Source: an uncultured Gammaproteobacteria bacterium (lineage in GTDB: Bacteria > Patescibacteriota > Patescibacteriia > SBBC01 > CAIJZX01). From it: 64,000 nt of DNA. Both the position numbers and the translations under genes were made by a program. Position 1 is the first letter of the stretch; each line of letters starts with the position of its first letter. Positions 43,508-52,918 of the stretch are shown here, piece after piece. Below the pieces are notes generated by a model, which did not search any database, was not told the DNA's origin, and was given only the letters and a program-made list of their open reading frames with translations. Where the stretch lies: the NCBI GenBank assembly GCA_964397195.1, contig CAYNGY010000004.1:1923-65922 (forward strand), read 5' to 3'.

Positions 43508-45000
43508 GCCCAGGTTGCCACAAAGTCGGTAATAATCTGCTTCAACTGCGCCTCGAGCTCCGGCGTTAAATCTTTGGCAACAATCAATGAATCCATCCAA
43601 ACGCTCCCGACACCATCAAGATGGGCTCGGAAAGCGTCTTGAAAGGCCACGAGCTTTTCTGGATCGACGGCATCAAGTAACCCATTCGTCACCGCGTACA
43701 GAATGGCAACCTGCTGCGGCACCGCCAGCGGTTGGTACTGACCCTGCTTCAAAATTTCCGTCATCCGGCGTCCCCGTTCAAGCTGTTGTTTTGTGGCGGC
43801 GTCGAGATCGGAGCCAAACTGGGCAAATCCGGCCAATTCGCGATATTGTGCCAAGGCGATTCGAAGTTTCCCCGCCACTTTCTTCATCGCTTTCGTTTGA
43901 GCGGCCGAGCCGACACGAGACACCGACAACCCCACGTTCAGCGCCGGTCGAATACCTTGGTAGAACAAGTCCGATTCAAGATAAATCTGTCCATCCGTAA
44001 TCGAAATAACATTGGTCGGAATATACGCTGAGACGTCTCCGGCCTGTGTTTCAATGATTGGCAACGCCGTCATCGATCCACCTCCCGCTTCTGGATTCAA
44101 TCGCGCCGAACGCTCGAGCAGACGGGAATGGGCGTAAAAAATGTCGCCCGGATACGCTTCGCGTCCCGGCGGTCGCCGCAGGAGGAGCGAAACTTGACGA
44201 TAGGCCCAGGCGTGCTTGGAAAGATCATCAAATACGACCAGGACGTCTTTCCCTTGCGCCATGAAATATTCACCGATCGCACACCCGCTATACGGCGCTA
44301 GATATGAGAGCGCCGCCGGATCGGAGGCTCCGGCCAATACGACCGTCGTATAGTCCATAGCCCCAACTTCCTGAAGCTTAGCGACAATGCGCGCCACTTT
44401 TGATTCTTTCTGCCCGATGGCCACATAGATACAGATAACGTCTTGGCCCTTTTGGTTAATAATCGTATCAACGGCAATTGCCGTTTTGCCGGTTTGCCGG
44501 TCACCGATAATTAATTCGCGCTGTCCGCGTCCGATCGGAATCATCGCGTCAATCGCTTTAATCCCGGTTTGGAGCGGGACCGTCACCGACTGTCGGGTAA
44601 TGACTCCCGGGGCAATCTTTTCCACCGGCATCATCATCTCCGCCACCACGGCGCCCCGACCATCCAGGGCTTCACCGAGCGGATTCACCACCCGGCCAAT
44701 CACCCCGGCACCGGTCGGAACTTGTAAAATATTTCCGGTCGCCGTCACCCGCTGGCCCTGACGCACCGCGGCTGCGTCACCCAGAATCATGACCCCAACG
44801 GTGTCCTCCTCAAGGTTCAAGGCGACACCGTTCGTCCCGTCTTCAAAGGCGACCATCTCTGATGATCGTACATGCTTCAAACCGCTGACGCGGGCGATTC
44901 CGTCACCAACCTCAAGCACCGTACCAACCTCGGTCACGGTCGCCGAAGTCTTGGCGGTTGTAAGTTCTTTTGCTAATGCGTCAACGAGTGATTCGGGCAT
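43504..45000 (-). CDS. atpA: F-type ATP synthase alpha subunit
   Basis: Walker A GDRQTGKT, typical alpha subunit. Confidence 0.95.
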   Translation of the reverse strand: MPESLVDALAKELTTAKTSATVTEVGTVLEVGDGIARVSGLKHVRSSEMVAFEDGTNGVALNLEEDTVGVMILGDAAAVRQGQRVTATGNILQVPTGAGVIGRVVNPLGEALDGRGAVVAEMMMPVEKIAPGVITRQSVTVPLQTGIKAIDAMIPIGRGQRELIIGDRQTGKTAIAVDTIINQKGQDVICIYVAIGQKESKVARIVAKLQEVGAMDYTTVVLAGASDPAALSYLAPYSGCAIGEYFMAQGKDVLVVFDDLSKHAWAYRQVSLLLRRPPGREAYPGDIFYAHSRLLERSARLNPEAGGGSMTALPIIETQAGDVSAYIPTNVISITDGQIYLESDLFYQGIRPALNVGLSVSRVGSAAQTKAMKKVAGKLRIALAQYRELAGFAQFGSDLDAATKQQLERGRRMTEILKQGQYQPLAVPQQVAILYAVTNGLLDAVDPEKLVAFQDAFRAHLDGVGSVWMDSLIVAKDLTPELEAQLKQIITDFVATWA

Positions 45001-45003
45001 ACG

Positions 45004-45384
45004 TTATGCGTGAAAAAGAAGTGATTGTTGTAGTTGTCGTAAACGACCGTCTAAACTGGCGTCGATGCGACGATCATCGACAATAACCGCCACGCCCCGT
45101 CGAAGTTCCGGTCGGATCACGACCGTCACATCGGTTTTTGTAAGCTGATCGGCCAGGGCATCCGCCGCACGCGGCGTCGCGGCTTCAATTGTTACCCGAC
45201 GTCGGCCCCGACGAGCTGATTCGATATTTCGCAGATGTTCGAGCACTCGCGGCATGAGGCGCATCGCCCGATCGCGTCGGAGGCGATGGAGGATACGTGG
45301 CGCTATCTGCGCCACCGATGCTTTCGGCGCCGTCAAGGCCATATCGATGGCCATCGCATACTGGCGAGCGCTCAGCCGTTTCAT
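45004..45384 (-). CDS. atpH: F-type ATP synthase delta subunit, short form (126 aa, lacks most of the N-terminal domain)
   Basis: Matches only the OSCP/delta C-terminal region. ATGA overlap with atpF. Confidence 0.7.
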   Translation of the reverse strand: MKRLSARQYAMAIDMALTAPKASVAQIAPRILHRLRRDRAMRLMPRVLEHLRNIESARRGRRRVTIEAATPRAADALADQLTKTDVTVVIRPELRRGVAVIVDDRRIDASLDGRLRQLQQSLLFHA

Positions 45385-45887
45385 GATTTCGATGATAATT
45401 CTTCAAGCGCCTCACGCGCCGACTGCGTCTCAAAGGCCTTTCCGGATTTCTTCTCGATCACCAAGCCAGCGGCTTGCACCACGAGGGTCGCTAGGTCTTT
45501 CTTCGCTTCCGAGATCATGGCGGTTCGTTCACGACGAAGTTCGGCGCGAGCTTCCGACATCACCTTCTCAGCGTCGGTTTTCGCGTCGGCCACCAGCCGC
45601 TCGCGCATCACCTGGGCCTCGGCTCGCGCCGCCACTAAGATATCACCTGCTTCGCGGCGGGCTTGGGTCGCAATGTCTTTATGTTGGGCCTCGGCGCCGG
45701 CCAAGGCTTCGCGAGTGGCTTTTTCCTGATCAACAGTTTTGGCCGCTAAGGCCCGACGAGCATCGAGCACTTTCAAAATTGGGGCGAACGCGAATTTTCG
45801 CAGCACCCACAAAACGATCAGGAACGTGACGATATTCGCCACGAGGAGTTTCCAGTCGATTCCGAGTTTATGAATAAGTTCCCCCAT
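45381..45887 (-). CDS. atpF: F-type ATP synthase subunit b
   Basis: N-terminal TM then a long Ala/Glu/Arg-rich helix. Confidence 0.85.
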   Translation of the reverse strand: MGELIHKLGIDWKLLVANIVTFLIVLWVLRKFAFAPILKVLDARRALAAKTVDQEKATREALAGAEAQHKDIATQARREAGDILVAARAEAQVMRERLVADAKTDAEKVMSEARAELRRERTAMISEAKKDLATLVVQAAGLVIEKKSGKAFETQSAREALEELSSKS

Positions 45888-45898
45888 CGGGTGTCGGA

Positions 45899-46898
<1,000 letters not shown>

Positions 46899-46900
46899 GA

Positions 46901-47158
46901 TTATTGTTTCTTCGGTGTCTCTTTTTCAAGATCACGAAGGAGTTGAGAAAATTTTCGAACGAGGAAAACGGTCGTCACGAGGACGGCCATGGCCATCCCG
47001 CCCAAGAAGAGCCACGGCGTGGTACCAAACCGGCGATCGAGCCAGCGACCACCGAGGCCGAAGAGGAGAAGCGGAATGACGATCAGATACCCCAGCTCGA
47101 AGACCAATCCGAGGGCTACCCAATATGGTCGACGCGGGGTGTCAGGTTGGGTCTTCAT
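46901..47158 (-). CDS. atpI: AtpI/AtpZ-like small membrane protein (85 aa)
   Basis: Internal start MKTQPD... of track ORF 46901..47398; two TM helices; leads the atp operon. Confidence 0.6.
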   Translation of the reverse strand: MKTQPDTPRRPYWVALGLVFELGYLIVIPLLLFGLGGRWLDRRFGTTPWLFLGGMAMAVLVTTVFLVRKFSQLLRDLEKETPKKQ

Positions 47159-47198
47159 GGTGCATTCACATCTTTCATCCACAATCAAAAGCGCCGAG

Positions 47199-47253
47199 AG
47201 TATACTCGTTTTTCGCGAAATGCTCAAGACTGGGAAAACTTTTTGGCTAAGAT
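47199..47253 (-). promoter_or_regulatory. atp operon promoter (TTGAGC-17-TATACT) with upstream ATCTTAGCCAAAAA element
   Basis: -10 at 47204-47199 and -35 at 47227-47222 (minus). The 14-nt element at plus 47240-47253 lies 35 nt upstream of the -10, identical to the thyX promoter. Confidence 0.5.
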
Positions 47254-47277
47254 TAGCGAATCTTCGCAAATCACACC

Positions 47278-47305
47278 TTGACACTCCTGGTAAAAGGCAT
47301 AGTCT
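47278..47305 (+). promoter_or_regulatory. promoter of high-GC cassette 2 (TTGACA-16-TAGTCT)
   Basis: The track ORF 'start' (TTG 47278) is actually the -35 hexamer. Confidence 0.4.
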
Positions 47306-47340
47306 TCCGCCACCAATCGCACCACCCCTGCCACCCGAGC

Positions 47341-47874
47341 ATGGAGGTCGCCGTGGCCAAACACCACCGCCAAAAGCAAGCCACCCCGCGGGGAACAATC
47401 GACGAGCAGGAACTCCGCGCCGCCCAAGCCGCCTACGGCCGAAGCAACGAGGAGCGTGTCTTGTACCTGCTCGAACGGCACATTTCCAACGCCACCCATC
47501 GCCCGCCGTGGCTCGTCTCGATTCGACGCGCCACCGAGGAAGAAGACGTGCTCGGGATCGACCTTGTCGCTATCACCGTCGACAGCCCGAACGTCTACAT
47601 CCAGATCAAGAGCAGTGAGAGCTTTAGGAAGATCCATATCGACAAGGGTCGGAAGCTCTGGCGCGCCGGCGCGACGGTCCACATCACCGGCGTCATGATC
47701 GCCAATCATGCCCTGACGGACAAGAAGATCATCGGCCGCGGTATGGCGACGATCAGCCGCGTCTATCGCACCGTCAAGAACCTCGGCTCGAACATCATGC
47801 CGTCGTACCGTCACACGGGCGACGATATCACCGACTGTGACCACCACCCGGTCAACACCCCGGAGGTCCCATGA
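47341..47874 (+). CDS. NERD-domain (nuclease-related) protein, high-GC cassette 2
   Basis: GRSNEERVLYLLERH...EDVLGIDLVAITVDSPNVYIQIKSSE matches the NERD pattern GxxxE...L...EIDhhhh...hhIEVK. About 62% GC. No SD. Confidence 0.45.
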   Translation: MEVAVAKHHRQKQATPRGTIDEQELRAAQAAYGRSNEERVLYLLERHISNATHRPPWLVSIRRATEEEDVLGIDLVAITVDSPNVYIQIKSSESFRKIHIDKGRKLWRAGATVHITGVMIANHALTDKKIIGRGMATISRVYRTVKNLGSNIMPSYRHTGDDITDCDHHPVNTPEVP

Positions 47875-48017
47875 CCAAGCCGATCAACGTCGACTACGAG
47901 CATGAGGCACTGCGGTACGGCTGGATCCAGCGCCTCAAGGACCTGCTGACCCTCCCCTTCGCCGTCCTCGGCTTCATCTTCGTCTGGCTGTACGAGAAGA
48001 TCACTGGCGGCGACTGA
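47871..48017 (+). CDS. 48-aa single-TM peptide, ATGA-coupled to the NERD gene (not in the ORF track, under 60 aa)
   Basis: MTKPINVDYEHEALRYGWIQRLKDLLTLPFAVLGFIFVWLYEKITGGD. High GC3. Confidence 0.4.
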   Translation: MTKPINVDYEHEALRYGWIQRLKDLLTLPFAVLGFIFVWLYEKITGGD

Positions 48018-48041
48018 ACCGCCTACGCACATCCCTACCCC

Positions 48042-48095
48042 CCCCGGCTCACCACCGGGGCGGTTTTTCTTAATGAGAGCACCTCTCAGTAAGTG
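48042..48095 (+). repeat. terminator-plus-palindrome module, copy A
   Basis: CCCCGG-ctcaccac-CGGGG-CGG-TTTTT then CTTAATGAGAG-cac-CTCTCAGTAAG. About 85% identical to copy B. Confidence 0.6.
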
Positions 48096-48162
48096 ACTGC
48101 CGACCACGGAGCAGCTAGCTTTCCCATCCAGAACAATTCCTATGTCCGAAAATAGTATGCGG

Positions 48163-48405
48163 TCACTCCAAACGATCAACGCGTGTAGCGAGCTCATTAA
48201 ATTCAAAGCGATAGACCATTTGGTCCTGACGAAGCTCGATATGCTCGAGTGTGGTCTCAATCTTGTTCAACCGAAGGCTGACCTGGTCAAAGCCGGTTTT
48301 TGTGGCCGCCGCTAATGTATCGATGGTCGACTCGAGGCGTTCGAGACGCGTATCGACCCTCTGAATAATGGTAGTGAACATTTCCGGGGTGAGTTCTTCG
48401 GACAT
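48163..48405 (-). CDS. hypothetical 80-aa coiled-coil protein
   Basis: Heptad-rich (RLERLESTIDTL...LRLNKIETTLEHIELRQD). Own promoter TTGACA-16-TACGAT and SD GAAGAGG. Normal GC. Confidence 0.5.
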   Translation of the reverse strand: MSEELTPEMFTTIIQRVDTRLERLESTIDTLAAATKTGFDQVSLRLNKIETTLEHIELRQDQMVYRFEFNELATRVDRLE

Positions 48406-48512
48406 ACGGCCTCTTCAGCCAAGCCCAACATACGTTTTTATCGTAACGTCGGAGGTTATCCTGTCAAGAAGGGGTCGTTTTCTATATGAGGCTAACTCAC
48501 ATTAAACCGTCA

Positions 48513-48562
48513 CCGCCCTACGGGGCGGTTTTTTCCTTACTGAGAGTTCCTCTCAGTAAGAA
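48513..48562 (+). repeat. terminator-plus-palindrome module, copy B
   Basis: CCGCCC-tac-GGGCGG-TTTTTT then CTTACTGAGAG-ttc-CTCTCAGTAAG, a perfect 11-bp inverted repeat. Ends 2 nt before the nudix stop. Confidence 0.6.
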
Positions 48563-49051
48563 CTATGCGAGCTGGTCCGGTTTTTCGTGCAACTCCTGGC
48601 GCAAAATCTGCGCCGTGTACTCCGGCGTTGTCGGGCGGTCGTAATGGAACTGCCCAACAAAATCCTTGTTTGCAAGAAACATCGGCATCCAATACGCATC
48701 AGCCGCCCACATTTCTTTCAATGGCACCTCATGTTCACTAAACCACATCGGCCTCATTTCGTCGGTCTCACGTGGCGTGCCACGAAACTTCGTCACTCGA
48801 AAAACATGCGCCTCGCGGATCGTCGGCTCCGATTCGAACGTGAAGGTTAAAACACCAACTTCCTTCATCTCAACTACCTCCACTCCGGCTTCTTCCTGAA
48901 GCTCACGCTTGGCCGCCGCCACAATAGATTCATTCAACTCAACCTTGCCACCAAACCCATTCCACTTCCCCGCGCCGAATCCGCGCTTCTTCATCCCTAA
49001 CAACACCCGGCCATCCTGGTCGATGATCGCGATGGTCAGGAGTTTTTTCAT
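48563..49051 (-). CDS. NUDIX hydrolase (MutT-like)
   Basis: Nudix box GKWNGFGGKVELNESIVAAAKRELQEEAG. Confidence 0.85.
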   Translation of the reverse strand: MKKLLTIAIIDQDGRVLLGMKKRGFGAGKWNGFGGKVELNESIVAAAKRELQEEAGVEVVEMKEVGVLTFTFESEPTIREAHVFRVTKFRGTPRETDEMRPMWFSEHEVPLKEMWAADAYWMPMFLANKDFVGQFHYDRPTTPEYTAQILRQELHEKPDQLA

Positions 49052-49056
49052 GCGGA

Positions 49057-50097
49057 CTATTCGTTTTGATTCGGCTTCTCGATCTGCATCGGCTCCACCG
49101 TCGATTCAATATCCGCCACCTTCATCACGTCTTTCTCGACTTTCGCAAATTCTTTGTAGGCGATGTTATATTGATTGACGGTCGTACCGAGCGAGTTACC
49201 GAGTTTCGCCATATACGCATCGTACGACTGCAGGTGCTTGGCGAGGACTTCGACGTTCTTGCGAATTTCTTTTGCCGACTCCTCAATTTGCATAGCTCGC
49301 AAACCCTGGAGCACCGTTTGCAGATAGGCGAAGAACGAAGTCGGCGAAACGATAATGACGTGCTTTTCTTTAAAGGCGTAATCGATCAGATCGCGCGACG
49401 AAACACCGGCCGCCCCGACTTTATTCACCAGCAGATCATAATAGATACCCTCGGCCGGAATAAACATAAACGCGAAGTCCATGGTATTCTCCGCCGGGCG
49501 GATATATTTTGACGTCTCGTCAATCCGATTCTTTAAATCCTGTTTAAACGTCTTCTCAACCGCATCATGATCGGCTCCCGGCCCAAGCTCCGCCAAACGG
49601 TTGTAGTTTTCTAAACTAAACTTTGCGTCGACCGGGATAATTTTTTCCTGAATGAAAATTGCTGCATCAACGATTTCCCCGTCCTTAAATTTATACTGCA
49701 ACTTGTAATTCTTCGGCGGGAGCACGTTTTTTAGGACCGTTTCCAAATAGTATTCCCCGAGTACCCCGCGCTGCTTGGGATTCTTGAGTGTATCCTGCAG
49801 TTTTTGTAGTTGATCGGCAAAGGAAACCACCTGACGATTCGTCTCGTCGAGTTTCGTCAAGCGCTCGGTCACATCGCGCACAATCTTGGCGCTCTCCCCT
49901 AACTGAGACTGAATCGACTTCTGCATCGATTCGCCCTGACGGTCCATCCGATCGTGGATCTGCTTCAGGTCTTCTTTCAACATCAAAAACGAGGCCGAAT
50001 CGTCCGGCTTCTGCATCTTCTTCATCGCCTGGGCCTGAAACCACATTACCAGGCCGAAACCGACCACCACGAGAATAATGATAATCCATGTTTCCAT
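49057..50097 (-). CDS. rmuC: DNA recombination protein RmuC
   Basis: N-terminal TM, coiled coil, RmuC domain (IIPVDAKFSLENYNRL...). Confidence 0.75.
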   Translation of the reverse strand: METWIIIILVVVGFGLVMWFQAQAMKKMQKPDDSASFLMLKEDLKQIHDRMDRQGESMQKSIQSQLGESAKIVRDVTERLTKLDETNRQVVSFADQLQKLQDTLKNPKQRGVLGEYYLETVLKNVLPPKNYKLQYKFKDGEIVDAAIFIQEKIIPVDAKFSLENYNRLAELGPGADHDAVEKTFKQDLKNRIDETSKYIRPAENTMDFAFMFIPAEGIYYDLLVNKVGAAGVSSRDLIDYAFKEKHVIIVSPTSFFAYLQTVLQGLRAMQIEESAKEIRKNVEVLAKHLQSYDAYMAKLGNSLGTTVNQYNIAYKEFAKVEKDVMKVADIESTVEPMQIEKPNQNE

Positions 50098-50170
50098 GGC
50101 GGTATCCTAGCATGAGCGTCAGGAATGGCAAAACCGTGCTGGTCAACACTTCGAGACGGTCTTTTCCTGA

Positions 50171-50214
50171 AAACAAAACGCGGGTGGCGCTGGGATCGAA
50201 CCAGCACCACCCGC
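50171..50214 (-). terminator. intrinsic terminator of high-GC cassette 3; 14-bp stem with a T-loop-like TTCGATC loop
   Basis: Minus strand GCGGGTGGTGCTGG-TTCGATC-CCAGCGCCACCCGC followed by GTTTTGTTTT. Looks like a tRNA acceptor/T-arm minihelix. Confidence 0.6.
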
Positions 50215-50226
50215 AACGGGGAACAG

Positions 50227-51675
50227 CTACTTCTTCGCGTGAAGCGTGAACGGGACATCGACCACGACGTTCGCCGAGGTCCGGCGGCCGTTCGTGGGTT
50301 CGACCCGCGCTTCGAGGGTGATCGTTGCCAGCGGCAGCGCCACGGCGATGTGGCCATCGATCCGCTGGGTGAACCCACCGCGCGGGGCGTAGCGCACGGG
50401 TTCGAGCCCGCCGCCGAACGTCACCGCGCCATGAGTGTACTGCGCGTCGAGCACCGCACCTTCGGCCAGCGTCAGCCGATGCGTGCGATACGTGAAGACC
50501 ATCGCCCCGAGATCGACCCCGTGACCGGACCAGGCCAGCTTCGCCATCGGTCCGACGTAGGGGTGGACGCCGTCCGGCTTGACGAGCGTCCCGAGCGATC
50601 CACCGACATTCAGCGCCATCGCCGGGTGGGAGAGAAGGTCATAGCGCCCGAACAGGTCGAGCGCACTGCCGTCGGCCATCACCGTCGGATTGACGAGCGT
50701 CCGCCCGCCATCGAAGGTGTAGCCGTACATCGAGCCTCGACCGAAGGCCCACTCGCCCGCCGTCAGGGAGACGGTGTGCGGCGCGGCCACGGCCAGGGTG
50801 AAACCGAACGTCACGAACAGCGCGACGAAGGCGGACAGCAGGACAGCGAAGCGGGACATGCGGCTCTCCTTGAGAGTGGGCGGTGCACGCCCACGAGTGA
50901 TTGATCGTGACGGTGCCGTCACGACCCTCGTGACTGCACCACTGATACCGAGAACGAGCAGAAACACGACCGCCCAGTGCATTGCCGGCGGGAGTTCAGC
51001 CGTCTCGGGTGAAACAGGTGATGCACTCTGACACTGCGTCGAAGCCGTGATCTGCGTCTGCGTCGTCGGGAGGAGCACGGTGGGTGCTTTCCCGATTGTC
51101 AGCACAGACAGTAGCCCGAGCAAGATCAGTAGGTACGGGAACACGAGCATCACCCCCCAGGCCACGCCGCCGCCGATTCCGATCGACGATAGCGTCTTAG
51201 CCAACAGGAGGTACCAACGCCCATGGACCATGCCATACGCATCCAAGTATCCCGGACCCCACTGGCGGTTATGAGGATCGCGGTTGAAGTATCCCGACAT
51301 GCCGGCCGATCCGTAGGCCGTCCATGCCTGGCTCATCAACTCGTCGGTCACCCATTCCTTGCGCACGTGCGTCGAGGCCTTTGTGCCGCCTCCTACCCAG
51401 CGATGCGTCAGGTCGACAAGAATGGCCGGGAAATCGGCATGGTAAACGGTCGGATTCTCCGCCACCAACGCCATCGCCTTGTTCCAGTCTCGCCAGAACT
51501 CGTCCGGGTTTTGCGGATCGAGCAGACCAATCTGCGCCATCGTCCGGCTATGCAACGCACCGTCAGCGACGATCGTCCGCAAGTCGGCCTGAGCCCAGAT
51601 CAGTACCAGCGTGATTACAACACCTCCGATCAAGACCGGAGGACGTAACCAAATGTTGCGCTTCAGAAGAATCAC
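50227..51675 (-). CDS. hypothetical polytopic membrane protein (about 483 aa), high-GC cassette 3
   Basis: About 65% GC. The track start (ATG 51747) lies inside the promoter -10. Preferred start is GTG 51675 after SD AAAAGGGGG. Five or more TM helices, then a C-terminal secreted-type domain. Confidence 0.5.
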   Translation of the reverse strand: MILLKRNIWLRPPVLIGGVVITLVLIWAQADLRTIVADGALHSRTMAQIGLLDPQNPDEFWRDWNKAMALVAENPTVYHADFPAILVDLTHRWVGGGTKASTHVRKEWVTDELMSQAWTAYGSAGMSGYFNRDPHNRQWGPGYLDAYGMVHGRWYLLLAKTLSSIGIGGGVAWGVMLVFPYLLILLGLLSVLTIGKAPTVLLPTTQTQITASTQCQSASPVSPETAELPPAMHWAVVFLLVLGISGAVTRVVTAPSRSITRGRAPPTLKESRMSRFAVLLSAFVALFVTFGFTLAVAAPHTVSLTAGEWAFGRGSMYGYTFDGGRTLVNPTVMADGSALDLFGRYDLLSHPAMALNVGGSLGTLVKPDGVHPYVGPMAKLAWSGHGVDLGAMVFTYRTHRLTLAEGAVLDAQYTHGAVTFGGGLEPVRYAPRGGFTQRIDGHIAVALPLATITLEARVEPTNGRRTSANVVVDVPFTLHAKK

Positions 51676-51737
51676 CCCCTTTTCGCGCGAAGATGATCCG
51701 GCGAGAATGCCGGATGTATGCAAATGTGCGACCCCGC

Positions 51738-51766
51738 AAACTATCATAAATCCCCGGTTTTGTCAA
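51738..51766 (-). promoter_or_regulatory. promoter P2 (TTGACA-17-TAGTTT with CCGGGGATTTATGA block)
   Basis: Minus strand cTTGACAaaaCCGGGGATTTATGATAGTTT. Nearly identical to P1 and P3. Confidence 0.5.
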
Positions 51767-51803
51767 GACCGGGCGCTAGAAGCTGACCGAATTGAACGGT
51801 GTA

Positions 51804-52607
51804 CTACGCGTCAGCCGGCAGGCGAAAGAACCGTTTGGCGTTATCGGTGGTTATCTTCGCCACTTCATCCACACTGATCCCACGAACGTCCGCTACCGCC
51901 TGCGCCACCCTTTCCACCCACGCCGGCTCATTCCGTTTCCCTCGATTCGGTACGGGCGCAAGAAATGGCGCATCCGTTTCCACCATCAGTCGATCAAGCG
52001 GCATGTTTTTCACGACCTCCTGGAGTGATTCACTTTTTGGAAAGGTCAAAATACCGGTCACAGAAATCCAGCCTCCGAGATCGAGGAACGGTTGGGCATC
52101 AGCCCAGGTTCCCCCAAAACAGTGCATCACAAACGGCACTCCACCATGACGGCGCAAAATCACTGCGGCGTTTTCGTACGCTTCGGTTGAGCCGTTCTTG
52201 TCGCGGCAGTGAATAATAAGCGGGAGTCGCGCTTCTTTTGCCACGAGAATATGTTGCTCGAAAACGTCCGCTTGCACGTCACGCGTTTCAAGATCATAGG
52301 CTTCCAATCGATAGTAGTCCAGGCCGGTCTCACCAATACCGACAATCTTTTTACTGCCGAGTAACGCTTCGAGATGTTTCGGCGAAATATCACCAACCGT
52401 TTCGTCAGTTGGGTGCACCCCAATGGCCGCATAGACCGGTGTATTCGGATACTGCTCGGCCAGCCGAACACCGGCCAACGAATCTTCTAGATTAGTCCCA
52501 ATGGCAATCAGACCGATCCCGGCGTCGAGCGACCGCGTGATCATCTCGGCGCGATCGGCATCGTATTCCCCCATCTGGGGGTGGCAATGAGTATCAATCA
52601 GTCTCAT
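51804..52607 (-). CDS. tatD: TatD-family metal-dependent hydrolase/DNase
   Basis: MRLIDTHCHPQM... HxH motif. Start at internal M31 of the track ORF. Confidence 0.8.
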   Translation of the reverse strand: MRLIDTHCHPQMGEYDADRAEMITRSLDAGIGLIAIGTNLEDSLAGVRLAEQYPNTPVYAAIGVHPTDETVGDISPKHLEALLGSKKIVGIGETGLDYYRLEAYDLETRDVQADVFEQHILVAKEARLPLIIHCRDKNGSTEAYENAAVILRRHGGVPFVMHCFGGTWADAQPFLDLGGWISVTGILTFPKSESLQEVVKNMPLDRLMVETDAPFLAPVPNRGKRNEPAWVERVAQAVADVRGISVDEVAKITTDNAKRFFRLPADA

Positions 52608-52774
52608 GGACACAGGATAAATGAGGAACGCAAAAAAGTCGAATTCAAAAAAAATGACGATGGCTAACATTAGCCACGAATCGGAATAATTCAGCATTTC
52701 TTCAGTTTCAGAATCTATACTAACAGGTTGCCCCCGCGCATCTCGTTATACCCACGTTCCGCCGAACCAACAAC

Positions 52775-52877
52775 GCGGCCGGCACCTGTTTGAGGCGCGG
52801 GCCGTGGTTGGCCCGCGACGAGTCTGCCGGCCGCATGAATCTTCTTGGTTCTTCTTCTGTTCAAGCAGAAGAAGAAC
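52775..52877. other. highly structured intergenic region: nested GC hairpin plus a 12-bp perfect inverted repeat
   Basis: GCGGCCGGCA...TGCCGGCCGC with inner GCGCGGGCC/GGCCCGCG. Then GTTCTTCTTCTG-ttcaag-CAGAAGAAGAAC at 52848-52877. Neither has a T-tract. Confidence 0.4.
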
Positions 52878-52918
52878 GCCCCTCCGGCAGGAGAGCCACC
52901 CACACTGCTCAAGGAAAT

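Noticed and set aside
48406-48562. Plus-strand 52-codon ORF (MRLTHIKPSPPYGAVFSLLRVPLSKN...) spanning repeat copy B
   Set aside because: It runs through the terminator hairpin and palindrome and has no SD, so it is likely an artefact of the repeat sequence.
50171-50214. Minus-strand tRNA gene near 50190 (GGTTCGATCC motif)
   Set aside because: Only an acceptor-like stem plus T-loop-like loop is present (a 14-bp hairpin). There are no D or anticodon arms. The T-tract that follows makes an intrinsic terminator the simpler reading.
47278-51747. Track start codons TTG 47278 and ATG 51747
   Set aside because: Both lie inside predicted promoter hexamers (-35 and -10 respectively). Downstream starts (ATG 47341; GTG 51675 with SD) are more plausible.
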